From the NCBI GenBank assembly GCA_001799575.1, contig MGTT01000028.1:79274-143273 (forward strand): 64,000 nucleotides of DNA, written 5' to 3'. Each line of letters starts with the position of its first letter. Positions within the stretch are counted from its first letter, which is position 1. The translations under genes were made by a program, and so were the position numbers. The notes beneath the pieces are model-generated. The model did no database searches and was not told the origin of the DNA. It was given only the letters and a program-made list of their open reading frames with translations. Of the stretch, positions 27,751-40,783 are shown in pieces. This DNA comes from Elusimicrobia bacterium GWA2_56_46. GTDB lineage: Bacteria > Elusimicrobiota > Elusimicrobia > Elusimicrobiales > UBA9959.

Positions 27751-30464
27751 GAGCCCAGGTCCTTTATTATTTCTTTGAGCCGGCTTAACCTGCTGCCGGT
27801 GTCGGCTTTGCGCAGCGTTATCTTTTCAACTTCTTCCCTGGGCGCGTGGCTGATAAAATTCACGTTTTTAAGGCGCTCTTCCGAAACGGCCAGTTCTCCG
27901 GCGAGTTTTTCTATCTCCCCGGCCAGGCGCGCCCGTTCTTTGTTCAGATCTACCACGCCTTCCACCGGGATGTAGATGTTGAAAGCTCCCGAAAGGGCGG
28001 TCACGGCGCGGCGCGGTTTTGAGAGCCCGGCCGCTATCTCCAGCTTTTCTACTTTCGCCAGGCGGGTGATGTAGCCCGGGTATTTTTGAAGGAGGCCGAG
28101 TCCTGACGTGTCGGCGGAAGCGATAAGCGCGGTTATGTTCTTAGCCGGCGAGATCTCCAGCTGGGCCCGCACCATTCTTATCTGGGTGATGATATCCATG
28201 ATCTTTTTCATGTCCGCTTCGGCGGTTCCTCCGGAGGCGCCGCCGCTCCGCGGATAGGCCTCTTTCAGCAGGAAAGGTTTGTCTGAGCCCAGCCAGGGCT
28301 TGAGGCTGGAGAAAATCTCCTCGGTGACATAGGGCATGAAAGGATGAAGGGCTTTCAGGGTTCCGCCGAAGACGTGGAGAAGCAGGCCCAGGACGCGGTC
28401 TTTACCGTCCGCCGTTTCCAGGCGGGGTTTTGCCAGCTCCAGATACCAGTCGCAGAACTCGTCCCAGAGGAAACCGTAGAGAGCTCCCACGGCCTTTGGA
28501 ATGTCGTAATCCTCCATGGAGAGACGCGCTTCTTCCAGGGTTTTATTGTAGCGCTCAAGGATCCATTCATCGGCCAGTTCCAGATCCGCCGGCGCGGCCG
28601 CCGGGGCCGCCGGAGTTTCCGGCAGATGCATCTGGATGAACCGGGAAACGTTATAGATCTTGTTGACGAAATTCCTGCCGCCTACTATCGCCTCTTCGGA
28701 AAAAGGAATATCCTTGCCGCCGATGGCCTGGCTCAGGATGGTGAAGCGCATCGCGTCGGTCCCGTACTTGTCTATCATGGTCAGCGGGTCGATGACGTTG
28801 CCCAGCGATTTGGACATCTTTTTCCCGTGCTTGTCGCGCACGATGCCGTGCACGTAGACGCGGCCGAAGGGAACGCCGCCCATATGCTCCAGTCCGCTCA
28901 TGACCATCCTGGCCACCCATAGGTAAAGGATCTCATAGCCGGTCACCAGCACCGAGGTGGGATAGTAGTATTCAAGTTCTTTGGTCTTGTCCGGCCAGCC
29001 GAATACGGAAAAAGGCCAGAGGGCCGACGAGAACCAGGTGTCCAGCACGTCGGGATCCTGTATCAGGTTGTGCCCGCCGCACTTAGGGCATTTCTCCGGC
29101 TTGTCCATGCTCAGGATGGGGTTCGAGCCTTTTCTGGAGCCGGGCAGCAGCGTGCCGCCTTCCCCCGCCGTCCCCACGATATAAGGCAGGGCGTCCCGGT
29201 CGCAGCCGAGGCAGTACCAGACTGGTATGCGGTGGCCCCACCAGATCTGGCGGGAAACGCACCAGTCCTGGATGTTCCTGAGCCACTCTATAAAAGGTTT
29301 TTTCCAGGAGACCGGATAAAATTTAACCTCTTCTTTTTCGGCCGCGGCTATGGCCGGCGCGGCCAGGTCTTTCATTTTCACGAACCACTGCTCCGATACC
29401 AGCGGCTCGATGTGCTGGTTGCAGCGGTAACATTTATTTACGGAATGCTTGTAGTGTTCTTCTTTCTCCAGGAAGTTCCCGGCTTTAAGATCTTCCAGCA
29501 CCTCTTTTCTCGCCGCCTGGACGCTTTTGTCCTCGTATTTCCCGGGACAATTTATCATCTTGCCGTTGAAATCTATGACCTGCCTGGTTTCAAGTTTGTG
29601 CCGGCGGCCTATCTCAAAGTCCAGCGGGTCGTGGGCGGGGGTCACTTTAACCGCCCCGGTGCCGAAAGTTGTGTCCACTTCTTCGTCGCCGATCACCGGG
29701 ATAGGGCGGCCGGCAAGCGGGAGCAGCAGCGTTTTGCCGATGAGGCCTTTATACCTGGGGTCTTCCGGGTTCACGGCCACGGCGGTGTCGCCCAGCATGG
29801 TTTCAGGGCGCGTGGTGGCGACCACCAGGCCCCTTGAGCCGTTTTCCAGTGGGTAATGGATATGCCAGAGTTTTGACTTTTCCTCTTCGTATTCCACTTC
29901 TATGTCCGAGAGGGCGGTTTCGCAGCGCGTGCACCAGTTTATCATGCGTTCGTCGCGGTAGAGCAGGCCTTTCTCCCACAGGGATCTGAAAGCCTCAAAA
30001 ACGGCTTTGGCGCGTTGAGGATCCATGGTGAACCGGACATTATCTTTGTCGGTATCCAGGGCGCAGCCGAGTTTCCTGAGCTGGTTCAGTATGGTTCCGC
30101 CGCATTCTCCGTACCAGGCCCACATACGTTCCAGGAATCGTTCCCGTCCCAGGTCTTCCCTGGTTTTGCCTTCGGCCCTGAGCATCTTCTCCATGACGTT
30201 CTGCGTGGCTATGCCGCCGTGGTCGGTGCCGGGAACCCAGTAAGCTTCCTTGCCGGTCATGCGCTCATAGCGCACCAGCGAGTCCTGGAGGGAATTGTTC
30301 AGGGCGTGGCCCATGTGGAGCGCCCCCGTTATGTTGGGCGGGGGGATGACCACGACGAACGGCTTCTTGTTCTTGTCCGTCGTAGAGACGAAAAGTTTTT
30401 CTTTCTGCCAGACTTCGGACCACTTGGCCTCTACCGGTTTGGGATCGTAAACTTTTGGGAGCAT
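27747..30464 (-). CDS. valS: Valine--tRNA ligase.
   Basis: HIGH motif (PPPNITGALHMGHALN), KMSKS motif and a C-terminal coiled coil. The length is 905 aa. Confidence 0.95.
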   Translation of the reverse strand: MLPKVYDPKPVEAKWSEVWQKEKLFVSTTDKNKKPFVVVIPPPNITGALHMGHALNNSLQDSLVRYERMTGKEAYWVPGTDHGGIATQNVMEKMLRAEGKTREDLGRERFLERMWAWYGECGGTILNQLRKLGCALDTDKDNVRFTMDPQRAKAVFEAFRSLWEKGLLYRDERMINWCTRCETALSDIEVEYEEEKSKLWHIHYPLENGSRGLVVATTRPETMLGDTAVAVNPEDPRYKGLIGKTLLLPLAGRPIPVIGDEEVDTTFGTGAVKVTPAHDPLDFEIGRRHKLETRQVIDFNGKMINCPGKYEDKSVQAARKEVLEDLKAGNFLEKEEHYKHSVNKCYRCNQHIEPLVSEQWFVKMKDLAAPAIAAAEKEEVKFYPVSWKKPFIEWLRNIQDWCVSRQIWWGHRIPVWYCLGCDRDALPYIVGTAGEGGTLLPGSRKGSNPILSMDKPEKCPKCGGHNLIQDPDVLDTWFSSALWPFSVFGWPDKTKELEYYYPTSVLVTGYEILYLWVARMVMSGLEHMGGVPFGRVYVHGIVRDKHGKKMSKSLGNVIDPLTMIDKYGTDAMRFTILSQAIGGKDIPFSEEAIVGGRNFVNKIYNVSRFIQMHLPETPAAPAAAPADLELADEWILERYNKTLEEARLSMEDYDIPKAVGALYGFLWDEFCDWYLELAKPRLETADGKDRVLGLLLHVFGGTLKALHPFMPYVTEEIFSSLKPWLGSDKPFLLKEAYPRSGGASGGTAEADMKKIMDIITQIRMVRAQLEISPAKNITALIASADTSGLGLLQKYPGYITRLAKVEKLEIAAGLSKPRRAVTALSGAFNIYIPVEGVVDLNKERARLAGEIEKLAGELAVSEERLKNVNFISHAPREEVEKITLRKADTGSRLSRLKEIIKDLGS

Positions 30465-30472
30465 GGGGGTCC

Positions 30473-31564
30473 TTATACGAATTCGCGGAAGACGACGTTG
30501 GAAACGTAGAGTGCTTCTCTTTTTATCCTTATGCGCCGGCCCGAAACTTCCAGCAGGCCGCGGGCGGACAACCCGTCTATCCGTTCCTTAAATTCTATAA
30601 ATATATCCTCCGGCAGTTCAATTCCGCCGGTTTTGCGCAGGCCCAGCATTATTTTCTCAGCCCGGCGCCGGGCCGGAGTAAGGGTCTCGGAATATTCGAG
30701 AGCCGGGCCGCCGGGGCCGGCGGCCGTCCTTATGTAAAGTTCCGGGTCTTTGGTATTGGCCCGGCGGACGCCGCCGCTGTGCGAGGCCGCGGCGGAGCCA
30801 AGTCCCAGATAATCGCCCTGATCCCAGTAATTCAGGTTGTGCAGGGATTCCCTGCCGGGCCGCGCGAAATTGGAGATCTCGTAATGCCGGAAGCCTCCGG
30901 CCTCAAGGACGGGCAGGGCCAGCGCGAACATCTCGGCGGCCGCTTCGGGCGCTTCGCGGACGCCTTGCGCGGCGAAAGGCGTGCCCTCGTGCACTTCCAG
31001 GGCGTAAAAAGAGATGTGCTCCGGCTCCAGAGCCATGATTTCTTTCAGAGACGTCATGAAATCTTCCGGGCTCTGCTCCGGCAGCCCGGTCATAAGATCG
31101 ATGTTAATGTTGTCGAACCCCGACAGTCTTAAGTGTCTGAAGGCTTTTAAAAAATCCTCAAAGGACGCCAGGCGGCCCAGCCGGTCCAGAAGGCGATCCT
31201 GTGACGCCTGAAGCCCGAGGCTGACCCTGCCGATCCCCGCGGTTTTCAGCAGCGCCGCTTTTTCAGGAGTTAGGCTTTCCGGATTCGCCTCGAAGGAGGC
31301 CTCCCTGAGATCTTTTATCGGGCCGAACCCCGTTTCTATCAGGGAGAAAAGCGTTTGAAGCCGCTCCGGCCCCAGCAGGCTGGGCGTTCCGCCTCCGATA
31401 TAGAGGGTATCGGGTTTTGCGAAAACGGCTTTTGAGCGCCCGGCCTCCGCTTTTAAAGCCCGCAGGTAGGGGTCTATAAGTTCGTCCCTGCCCGCCAGTG
31501 AGGCAAAATCGCAGTAGCCGCACTTGCGTCTGCAAAAAGGTAAATGAACGTATAAACCGGGCAT
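30473..31564 (-). CDS. hemW: Radical SAM heme chaperone HemW (coproporphyrinogen III oxidase-like). The start is uncertain and may be as far upstream as 31621.
   Basis: CxxxCxxC appears as HLPFCRRKCGYCDF, and the HemN-like C-terminal domain is present. Confidence 0.82.
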   Translation of the reverse strand: MPGLYVHLPFCRRKCGYCDFASLAGRDELIDPYLRALKAEAGRSKAVFAKPDTLYIGGGTPSLLGPERLQTLFSLIETGFGPIKDLREASFEANPESLTPEKAALLKTAGIGRVSLGLQASQDRLLDRLGRLASFEDFLKAFRHLRLSGFDNINIDLMTGLPEQSPEDFMTSLKEIMALEPEHISFYALEVHEGTPFAAQGVREAPEAAAEMFALALPVLEAGGFRHYEISNFARPGRESLHNLNYWDQGDYLGLGSAAASHSGGVRRANTKDPELYIRTAAGPGGPALEYSETLTPARRRAEKIMLGLRKTGGIELPEDIFIEFKERIDGLSARGLLEVSGRRIRIKREALYVSNVVFREFV

Positions 31565-31625
31565 AGGAAGAAGGGGAGACGGCGCCAGACCGCCGCTCCC
31601 CTTTTGAACCATTCGCCGCACTACA

Positions 31626-32375
31626 CTAGCCCTGGTTCTTCTTGAGGAACATCTGTATCAGATCCATCGGCACTGGGAAGATGATGGTCGAGTTGTTGTC
31701 GGTCGCTATCTCGGTCAGGGTCTGCAGGTACCTGAGCTGGATGGCGGCGGGGTTGATGGCCATGATCTGCGCCGCGTCTGAGAGCTTCTGCGCCGCCTGG
31801 AATTCGCCTTCGGCGTGGATGACCTTGGCGCGGCGTTCGCGCTCGGCTTCCGCCTGTTTGGCGATGGCGCGCTGCATTTCCTGCGGCAGATCCACGTTCT
31901 TCACCTCCACGCTGGAGATCTTTATGCCCCAGGGCTCGGTGTGCAGATCCAGGATCTCCTGGAGGTTTTTATTGATCTTGTCGCGGTTGGCGAGCAGATC
32001 GTCCAGCTCCTGCTGGCCGAGGACGCTCCTGAGCGTGGTCTGCGCCAGCTGGCTGGTGGCGTACATATAATTTTCCACGTTCAGCACCGCGGCCTGGGGA
32101 TTGACCACCCTGAAATAAATGACGGCGTTGACTTTCACCGAGATATTGTCCCTGGTGATGACGTCCTGCGGCGGGACGTCCAGCACTACCACGCGGGTGC
32201 TCATGCGGAACATCTGCTGGAGGCCGGGTATGATGAACGCCAGGCCCGGACCTTTGACGCCGGTGAAGCGGCCTAGCGTCAGTACCACGCCTCTTTCGTA
32301 CTCGTTAAGCACTTTGATGCTGGTGAAGACCACCACGACGGCTATTATGATGAGCGGAGTCATTCCTACGAACAT
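31626..32375 (-). CDS. SPFH/band-7 (stomatin-like) membrane protein.
   Basis: There is an N-terminal TM helix, and the SPFH domain includes the EAERER...KAxAExE coiled region. Confidence 0.85.
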   Translation of the reverse strand: MFVGMTPLIIIAVVVVFTSIKVLNEYERGVVLTLGRFTGVKGPGLAFIIPGLQQMFRMSTRVVVLDVPPQDVITRDNISVKVNAVIYFRVVNPQAAVLNVENYMYATSQLAQTTLRSVLGQQELDDLLANRDKINKNLQEILDLHTEPWGIKISSVEVKNVDLPQEMQRAIAKQAEAERERRAKVIHAEGEFQAAQKLSDAAQIMAINPAAIQLRYLQTLTEIATDNNSTIIFPVPMDLIQMFLKKNQG

Positions 32376-32537
32376 TGAAACCTCCCTTATCCTGTACCGG
32401 ATTTTTAGTGTAGTGAAACAAATCCTGTCCCGATTAAAGTCTACTACAAAAACCGCAACCCGTAAAGCGAAAAGAGCGGAGCGTCCCGGGAATTTTGTAT
32501 CATATTAACAGGATGGGTTCTCTATAACGGACAAAGT

Positions 32538-35004
<2,467 letters not shown>

Positions 35005-35020
35005 GGAACAGTTGCGTTTT

Positions 35021-36520
35021 ATGAACAAAACCGCTTACCTTAGCGTTTATGATAAGACCGGGATCGTGGATCTCGCCCGGGGCCTGGACGGCCTGGGCTT
35101 TGAGATCTACTCCTCCGGCTCCACTTTCAAGCTCCTTAAGGAATCCGGGATAGACGCGGAGGAAATACGCTACTCGCCTCCCGTGCCGGTATCGGTGCTG
35201 AAAGCCATTTCAGGTTTCCCGGCCGTCCTCTCGGAGAACGGCGTGGAAGTGCCCAAGCCTTATCTCGTGGCCGCGAACCTTTACCCCATCGCCAATATCG
35301 TGGGGCAGGAGGAATTCGCCGTGGAGGAACTGGCTGATTATCTCGATCAGGCCAACGCTTCCGTTCTGCGCGCCGCCGCGCGGGATTTTGAAAATATCAT
35401 AACGCTCTGCCGTCCCGAAGATTACGGGCCGGTTCTGGAAACGCTTGGAGAGGCGGGGGGGCTTGAGCCGGAGAAGAAGCGGCAGCTCTCCGCAAAGGCC
35501 TGGCAGTATATGGCCGCCTACGAGGCCACTGTCGCGCAGTATCTTTCCGAGACGCGGGATCTGCTGGGAGAGGAAGTGGTCATGAGCCTTAAGAAAGTCA
35601 TGGATCTCTCCTACGGGGAAAACCGCCACCAGAAAGCGGCTTTTTACGCCCTGAGCGGCGCCAGGCCGCGCGGCCTGAATTCCGCCAGGATACTTTCCGG
35701 CGGACAGTTCAACCTTAACCATTATCTGGATCTTAATACCGCGTTTGAGCTGGCCGCGGAATTCGAGGAGCCGGTCTGCGTTATCTCAAAACACGCCCGT
35801 CCGGCGGGGGTCTGCGCCGCGGCCAAACCGGTGGATTGTTTCCGCGGCGCGTTCAAGGCCGATCCCGCCGGGTCGGCCGGCGGCACCGCCGCGTTCAACC
35901 GGGCGGTGGACGAGGAAACGGCGCTTGCGCTGAAGGAAGTTTTTATCGAGAGCGTGGTGGCTCCGGATTACGGCAAGGAAGCGCTGGCGCTTCTGCGCGC
36001 CAAGGAGGGGCTCAGGGTCATCGCTCTTCCGGCCCCGGTTCTTTCGCCCCGCGAGGTGGAGCTTTATTCCGTGTCCGGAGGGCTGCTGGTCGAGATAAAG
36101 GATCAGGAGGTGCTGGGCTCCGGGCTCCAGTGCGTGACCAGGCGCAAACCGTCCGATGAAGAATTACGCTCGCTTAAACTGGCCTGGAAGATTTCCAAAT
36201 ACGCGAAAACTTACGCGGTGGCGCTGGCGTCCGGGGGAGCTTCCGTTTCCGTGAGCGCGGGAGAGAGTTCCACTTACGACGCGGTGCTCGGAGCGGTCGC
36301 GAAGCTCAGGGAAAAACACCCGATATTCGGGAATAAGGCGCCGCTGGTGATGGCTTGCGACGCCGCGCTGCCTTTAAAGACGCTGGAAGTCGCGCTGCTG
36401 GCGGGGGTGAACGCGGTGATCCAGCCCGGCGGCTGGCGCGAAGATCTCCTGTGCGCCCAATTCTGCGACCTGAAGAACGCCGCCATGCTCCTCACCGGCG
36501 TCCGCCACTTCAAACACTGA
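35021..36520 (+). CDS. purH: Bifunctional AICAR transformylase / IMP cyclohydrolase-like protein (PurH family). A TTG at 35012 is an alternative start.
   Basis: The N-terminus has an MGS-like fold (AYLSVYDKTGIVDLA...SSGST). A YGENRHQ motif is present and the C-terminus is AICARFT-like. Confidence 0.7.
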   Translation: MNKTAYLSVYDKTGIVDLARGLDGLGFEIYSSGSTFKLLKESGIDAEEIRYSPPVPVSVLKAISGFPAVLSENGVEVPKPYLVAANLYPIANIVGQEEFAVEELADYLDQANASVLRAAARDFENIITLCRPEDYGPVLETLGEAGGLEPEKKRQLSAKAWQYMAAYEATVAQYLSETRDLLGEEVVMSLKKVMDLSYGENRHQKAAFYALSGARPRGLNSARILSGGQFNLNHYLDLNTAFELAAEFEEPVCVISKHARPAGVCAAAKPVDCFRGAFKADPAGSAGGTAAFNRAVDEETALALKEVFIESVVAPDYGKEALALLRAKEGLRVIALPAPVLSPREVELYSVSGGLLVEIKDQEVLGSGLQCVTRRKPSDEELRSLKLAWKISKYAKTYAVALASGGASVSVSAGESSTYDAVLGAVAKLREKHPIFGNKAPLVMACDAALPLKTLEVALLAGVNAVIQPGGWREDLLCAQFCDLKNAAMLLTGVRHFKH

Positions 36521-36636
36521 GATATAAGATTTTTTATATTCCCGAGCCCCCCTTGCGGATTTTAATTTCCTCCGCTATACTATCGTAGCGGTTGCGCGTT
36601 GGTTTGAATGGTTCGGTTTGAGCGGAGGAAACTTGT

Positions 36637-37332
36637 ATGAAATGTAAAAAGATCATCGTTCTGGCTCTGGCAATGGCTGCCGCTAATACCGTCGCTTATG
36701 CCGGGGACGAATATTCGGTTACGCAATTGCCGGAGCTTGATTCGCAGTCGGTTGCCGTTGTGTCCCCTCCGGCCCCGCAGAAAGTAGCGGCTCCTATAAA
36801 GAACTTTGGGGTGGCGGTATGGAAAAATTCAGAACGGGGCCCGCGGGAAGGGCTGGTTTTCAGGGGCGGCACTCCCATGGGCGAAGCCGCGTTCAAGTTC
36901 CTTGCCGAACTGGGAATTAAAACCACGATTAATTTGCGCATGACGCACACGGATGACCAGCAATTGTGCGCCGCCAATGGTATAGAGTGCCTGGAATACG
37001 GAGTTATTCCCATTCCTGTCATCAACATCGTCTGGCATGTAGATTTCAGGCGGGCGTTTGCGCGAGCTGCGGCGGAGCTGGACGCGGGGCACAAGATTTT
37101 TATTTCCTGCCAGGGAGGGCGTCACCGCACCAGCGCGCTGGTGGCGGCGCTCACTATAAGAAATGCCGCCTGCGGCAAGGCCTTTGATAAAGAGGAGTTA
37201 CGCAAGCATCTGGAGCAGTCGCTTGAGGTCTTCGGTTTTCATAACTTCAACGGTAAGCTGCTCGGCTCCTGGGAACATGAAATACTCGAGTGGGTGGATG
37301 ATTTTGAGGAGAACCAGTGGCTCTGCGAGTGA
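36637..37332 (+). CDS. Secreted CX5R protein-tyrosine / dual-specificity phosphatase-like protein.
   Basis: There is a signal peptide and the P-loop FISCQGGRHRTSAL, a Cys-X5-Arg-(S/T) signature. Confidence 0.6.
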   Translation: MKCKKIIVLALAMAAANTVAYAGDEYSVTQLPELDSQSVAVVSPPAPQKVAAPIKNFGVAVWKNSERGPREGLVFRGGTPMGEAAFKFLAELGIKTTINLRMTHTDDQQLCAANGIECLEYGVIPIPVINIVWHVDFRRAFARAAAELDAGHKIFISCQGGRHRTSALVAALTIRNAACGKAFDKEELRKHLEQSLEVFGFHNFNGKLLGSWEHEILEWVDDFEENQWLCE

Positions 37333-37393
37333 ACGAAAATTTTTAACCAGGATTTTTTCACCCCGCTCCGCCCTGTCGACGGCCGGTCGTGTT

Positions 37394-38791
37394 TCAATTC
37401 GCCGTTATCCACTTGACAAAATCGTCCCATCCGCCCTCTTTGGCCCAGGCGAGTTCGTCGTAGGCCGGCTCGTATCTGTAAGAGGGAAGATAGGCGGCTA
37501 CGCCGTAGGCGTTCGCGAACCTGGCCCCGGTGGCGCCGTTGTGCAGGATCACTCTGCTGCGCAGATGGTCTATAACGGCAGAAGTCCTTGCCTTTAGATC
37601 GGCGGACGCGGTTGCGGCGCGTACAAGTTCCAGGAAATGTATCAGGTCGCGGGAACCGGCGGTTCCGCGGAAACCGGTGGAGGAGTCACGCGCCTTTTTT
37701 ATCAGGGCGGGATTTTCTTTCATGGCCGGTTCGGCCCACTGGTCCAGCAGGATCCGGAAAACCTCCAGCCCCGAGGCTCGCAGCGCGGACTGGGTTGCGG
37801 CTACGCCTTGCTCTTCATAGAAGGCTTTGTAGCCATCTACCGCCGCGGCGGCCATTACTTCCGGAGTCAGGCCGGTTTTGTTGGCGTGCACTTGGGCCAG
37901 GAAGTGGTCGTAAGACCAGCCGTCAGCCGGTTCAGTTTCCTCCGATCCTACGATGATCCCGGCCGCGTCCTTCAGCTCGTATGCGACTTCGGCCATTTGC
38001 ATCAGGCAGGCGTCGGAGGCGTAGATGTCCACGCCGCCCATCCCGCGCACGGCGCGGCCCAGGTCGACGGTGCTGATGGCGTTGCCAGTCTCGTAGTCGT
38101 AGGAGATGCCTCTCGCCGGCGGCGGGCCGGGAATTCTGTCTTTCCAGCCGGTGCCGTGGTTCCAGACTATGAGCATATACCTTTTAGCGGGGTAGTTCCG
38201 TTTGGCCCAGTTGCCGAAGTCGATCAACTGTCTGTAGTCTCCCATATCAACTTTCCCCAGGTCCGCCAGCATGGTGGAACTGAGGGCGGGGTTATCGCCG
38301 TCGCCAGCCACCAGATACCGGCGTACTCCGGTCCAGTTGGCGGAGGCGTCCGGGACGCCGACTTCACGCGCATCCCGGGAGACGGAAAGCCAATTAGGAC
38401 TGGGCCAGCCGGGATGCGGTATGGTCGGGCCTCCCCCCGGGAAAGTGTCGTCATAACCGCCGCCGGGATAGTAGGACGGAACCTCCCTCATGCGGCCGGC
38501 CTGGGTGACTATATTGATGTTTTCGGTCGGGCCGAACTTTTCCATTTCGTTCATATCGCTTGTGACGTATCCGGAAAGGTCGTTCTTGCCGTTCATGAAA
38601 ACCATGATGGTCCACTGTTTCTGGGCGCGCGTATTTTTGGGGCGAAACGGGATGGGGACTGAAATTTCAGCGCTTTTGATCCGGATTGCGATGTCTTTTA
38701 CGGAAAGCAGACCGTCCAGATTCTGCGCGGCGGCGGATGTGGTCAGCAGGGTCGAGATCAGCAGCAGTTCGTTCATGCAGGTCTTTTTCAT
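37394..38791 (-). CDS. Secreted clostripain-like cysteine peptidase (C11 family).
   Basis: There is a signal peptide, and the motifs WTIMVFMNGKNDL, IVWNHGTGW and YASDACLM contain the catalytic His and Cys. Confidence 0.7.
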   Translation of the reverse strand: MKKTCMNELLLISTLLTTSAAAQNLDGLLSVKDIAIRIKSAEISVPIPFRPKNTRAQKQWTIMVFMNGKNDLSGYVTSDMNEMEKFGPTENINIVTQAGRMREVPSYYPGGGYDDTFPGGGPTIPHPGWPSPNWLSVSRDAREVGVPDASANWTGVRRYLVAGDGDNPALSSTMLADLGKVDMGDYRQLIDFGNWAKRNYPAKRYMLIVWNHGTGWKDRIPGPPPARGISYDYETGNAISTVDLGRAVRGMGGVDIYASDACLMQMAEVAYELKDAAGIIVGSEETEPADGWSYDHFLAQVHANKTGLTPEVMAAAAVDGYKAFYEEQGVAATQSALRASGLEVFRILLDQWAEPAMKENPALIKKARDSSTGFRGTAGSRDLIHFLELVRAATASADLKARTSAVIDHLRSRVILHNGATGARFANAYGVAAYLPSYRYEPAYDELAWAKEGGWDDFVKWITAN

Positions 38792-39082
38792 TAATTGTTC
38801 CCCTTTTACAGGTCTGGAAGCCGCTTGTTATAATGATACTCCATTTCGGGCTTTTGTTTATGGGTTTATGTGCCCACTCCGCCGAAGTTATTCGGCCTGC
38901 CCGCAAAGGGGACTTTAGTCCTACGCGTGTGCGGGACAGCGGCCTGTGAAAAAATTCATGGTTGCTGGGGGGGTGGGGATAGACGCCGCGCAGCGGAAGC
39001 CGCGGCCGCGGCCGGACAGATCATGGAAAATATGAAAAAGACTGTTAGTGCTTTCATCGGTTCCCCGGTGTGAGTCGGTTTT

Positions 39083-40264
39083 TCAGATAATCCCCAGTTC
39101 TTTGCCGGCTTTTTTGAATTTTTCGATCGAGAATTCCAGATCCTTTATCGTGTGTCCCGCGGTCACTATTGTGCGCAGCCTTTCCTTGCCGCGCGGCACC
39201 GTCGGAAAGCCGAGGGCGAGCGCGAACACGCCCTCTTCGAACAGCCGGCCTGAGAATTCAGCGGCCTTGGGCGTCATTATCGGGGTTATCGGCGTCACCG
39301 AGGCGCCGGTATCGAATCCCGCCTTTCGGAGTTCTTCCTTTAAAAAAGCGGTATTGTCCCAAAGATTCTTAAGGTGCCGCGGATCCGTGAGCAGGATGTC
39401 CAGCACGGCCAGGCAGGAGGCCGCGACCGAAGGCGGCTGGGAGCTGGAGAAGAGGTAGGGCCTGGCCACGGAACCCAGGTAATCGCGAAGCTCCCTGGTC
39501 GTGGCCGCGTAACCGCCGACGGCGGCGAAAGCTTTCGAAAGAGTGCCTATCTGGATCTCCACTTTGCCGTCCAGGCCGAAATGACTGACGGTGCCGCGGC
39601 CTTCCTTGCCGATGACGCCGCTGGCGTGCGCGTCGTCCACCATCACAAAAGCGCCGTATTTATGCGCCACGGCCACGACCTCGTCGAGCTGCGCGATATC
39701 CCCGTCCATGGAAAACACGCCGTCGGTGACCACCATTTTGCGCCGCGCTTTTTTCGCTTCGGGGGTTTCCAGGATCTCCGCGAGGTGTTTCATATCCTTG
39801 TGGCGGTAGATCTTCCTGGGGGCCTTGGCCAGGCGGGCGCCGTCTATGATCGACGCATGGTTGAGTTCGTCGGAGATGAGAAGATCGTTCTCGCTGGACA
39901 TCAGCGACTGGCAGACCGCGACGTTGGAGGTGAAACCGGACTGGAAGAGGATGGAAGCGTCGGCGTGTTTGAAAGCCGCGAATTTTTTTTCCAGCTCTTC
40001 ATGAAGGGACATGGTGCCGATTATCGTGCGCACCGCGGCGGAGCCTACGCCGTATTTTTCTATGGCCTCGATGGCGGCTTTCTTCACTTTCGGGTTGTTG
40101 GCCATCGCCAGGTAGTTGTTGGAGGTGAGGTTCACCACTTTTTTGCCGTCTATGACGGAAACCGGTTCCTGGGCGGATTCGAGAACGCGGGGTTTCAGGA
40201 AGCGGTTCTCCTTTTTAAGCGCGGCGACTTCTTCTTCGGCGAACTTCAGGGTGTCAAAGTGCAT
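39083..40264 (-). CDS. kbl: PLP-dependent alpha-oxoamine synthase (glycine C-acetyltransferase Kbl / BioF family).
   Basis: It has an AAT-I fold and a PLP-lysine region (TLSKAF). The length is 393 aa. Confidence 0.8.
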   Translation of the reverse strand: MHFDTLKFAEEEVAALKKENRFLKPRVLESAQEPVSVIDGKKVVNLTSNNYLAMANNPKVKKAAIEAIEKYGVGSAAVRTIIGTMSLHEELEKKFAAFKHADASILFQSGFTSNVAVCQSLMSSENDLLISDELNHASIIDGARLAKAPRKIYRHKDMKHLAEILETPEAKKARRKMVVTDGVFSMDGDIAQLDEVVAVAHKYGAFVMVDDAHASGVIGKEGRGTVSHFGLDGKVEIQIGTLSKAFAAVGGYAATTRELRDYLGSVARPYLFSSSQPPSVAASCLAVLDILLTDPRHLKNLWDNTAFLKEELRKAGFDTGASVTPITPIMTPKAAEFSGRLFEEGVFALALGFPTVPRGKERLRTIVTAGHTIKDLEFSIEKFKKAGKELGII

Positions 40265-40387
40265 GGGTTGGGCTCCTTTTCTCCGTCTCCTTTATAATAT
40301 AAAAAAAGAAACCGTAAAAAAATGTTTTTAATGCGGGGGAAATTTAGTAGATTATTCTTAAACAGGCTCCTGATCCGCATCCGCCTT

Positions 40388-40783
40388 ATGTCTGACAAAA
40401 CTAATTTAATCCTTTCAACCGACAAGGTTTATCTCCTGCCCAGGAACCCGTCCGCCTTTTTTATCTGCTGGACCTGGGGCAGATCCAGGGCGGAGGCTTT
40501 CGAGGCCCGGGAGTATGAGTCCGAAATACTTGTCAGGCTTTCCGTCTGCGAGGATAAGGCCGTTTCCGGGGAAGCCTCAGTCCGGTGGGATTCCGGCAAG
40601 CTTTACATGAAGCCGCCGGCCGAAGGCCGCACCTGCTCCGTGTCCGTTTACGGACGCAGGAAAGACGGCGCTCAGGAAAAACTGCTGGAGAGCAACTCCG
40701 TAGCCGCGCCCGTCCCGGCTCCGGCGCCGGAAACCTCGTCCGGTTATTCGAGCGCCGAATTTTTCCGTAAGGAACCGGTATGA
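40388..40783 (+). CDS. Small protein often paired with GH57 enzymes (DUF4912-like). This is a tentative call.
   Basis: It is positioned immediately upstream of the GH57 gene and overlaps it. The N-terminal motif is LLPRNPSAFFICW. An alternative start is at 40322. Confidence 0.45.
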   Translation: MSDKTNLILSTDKVYLLPRNPSAFFICWTWGRSRAEAFEAREYESEILVRLSVCEDKAVSGEASVRWDSGKLYMKPPAEGRTCSVSVYGRRKDGAQEKLLESNSVAAPVPAPAPETSSGYSSAEFFRKEPV

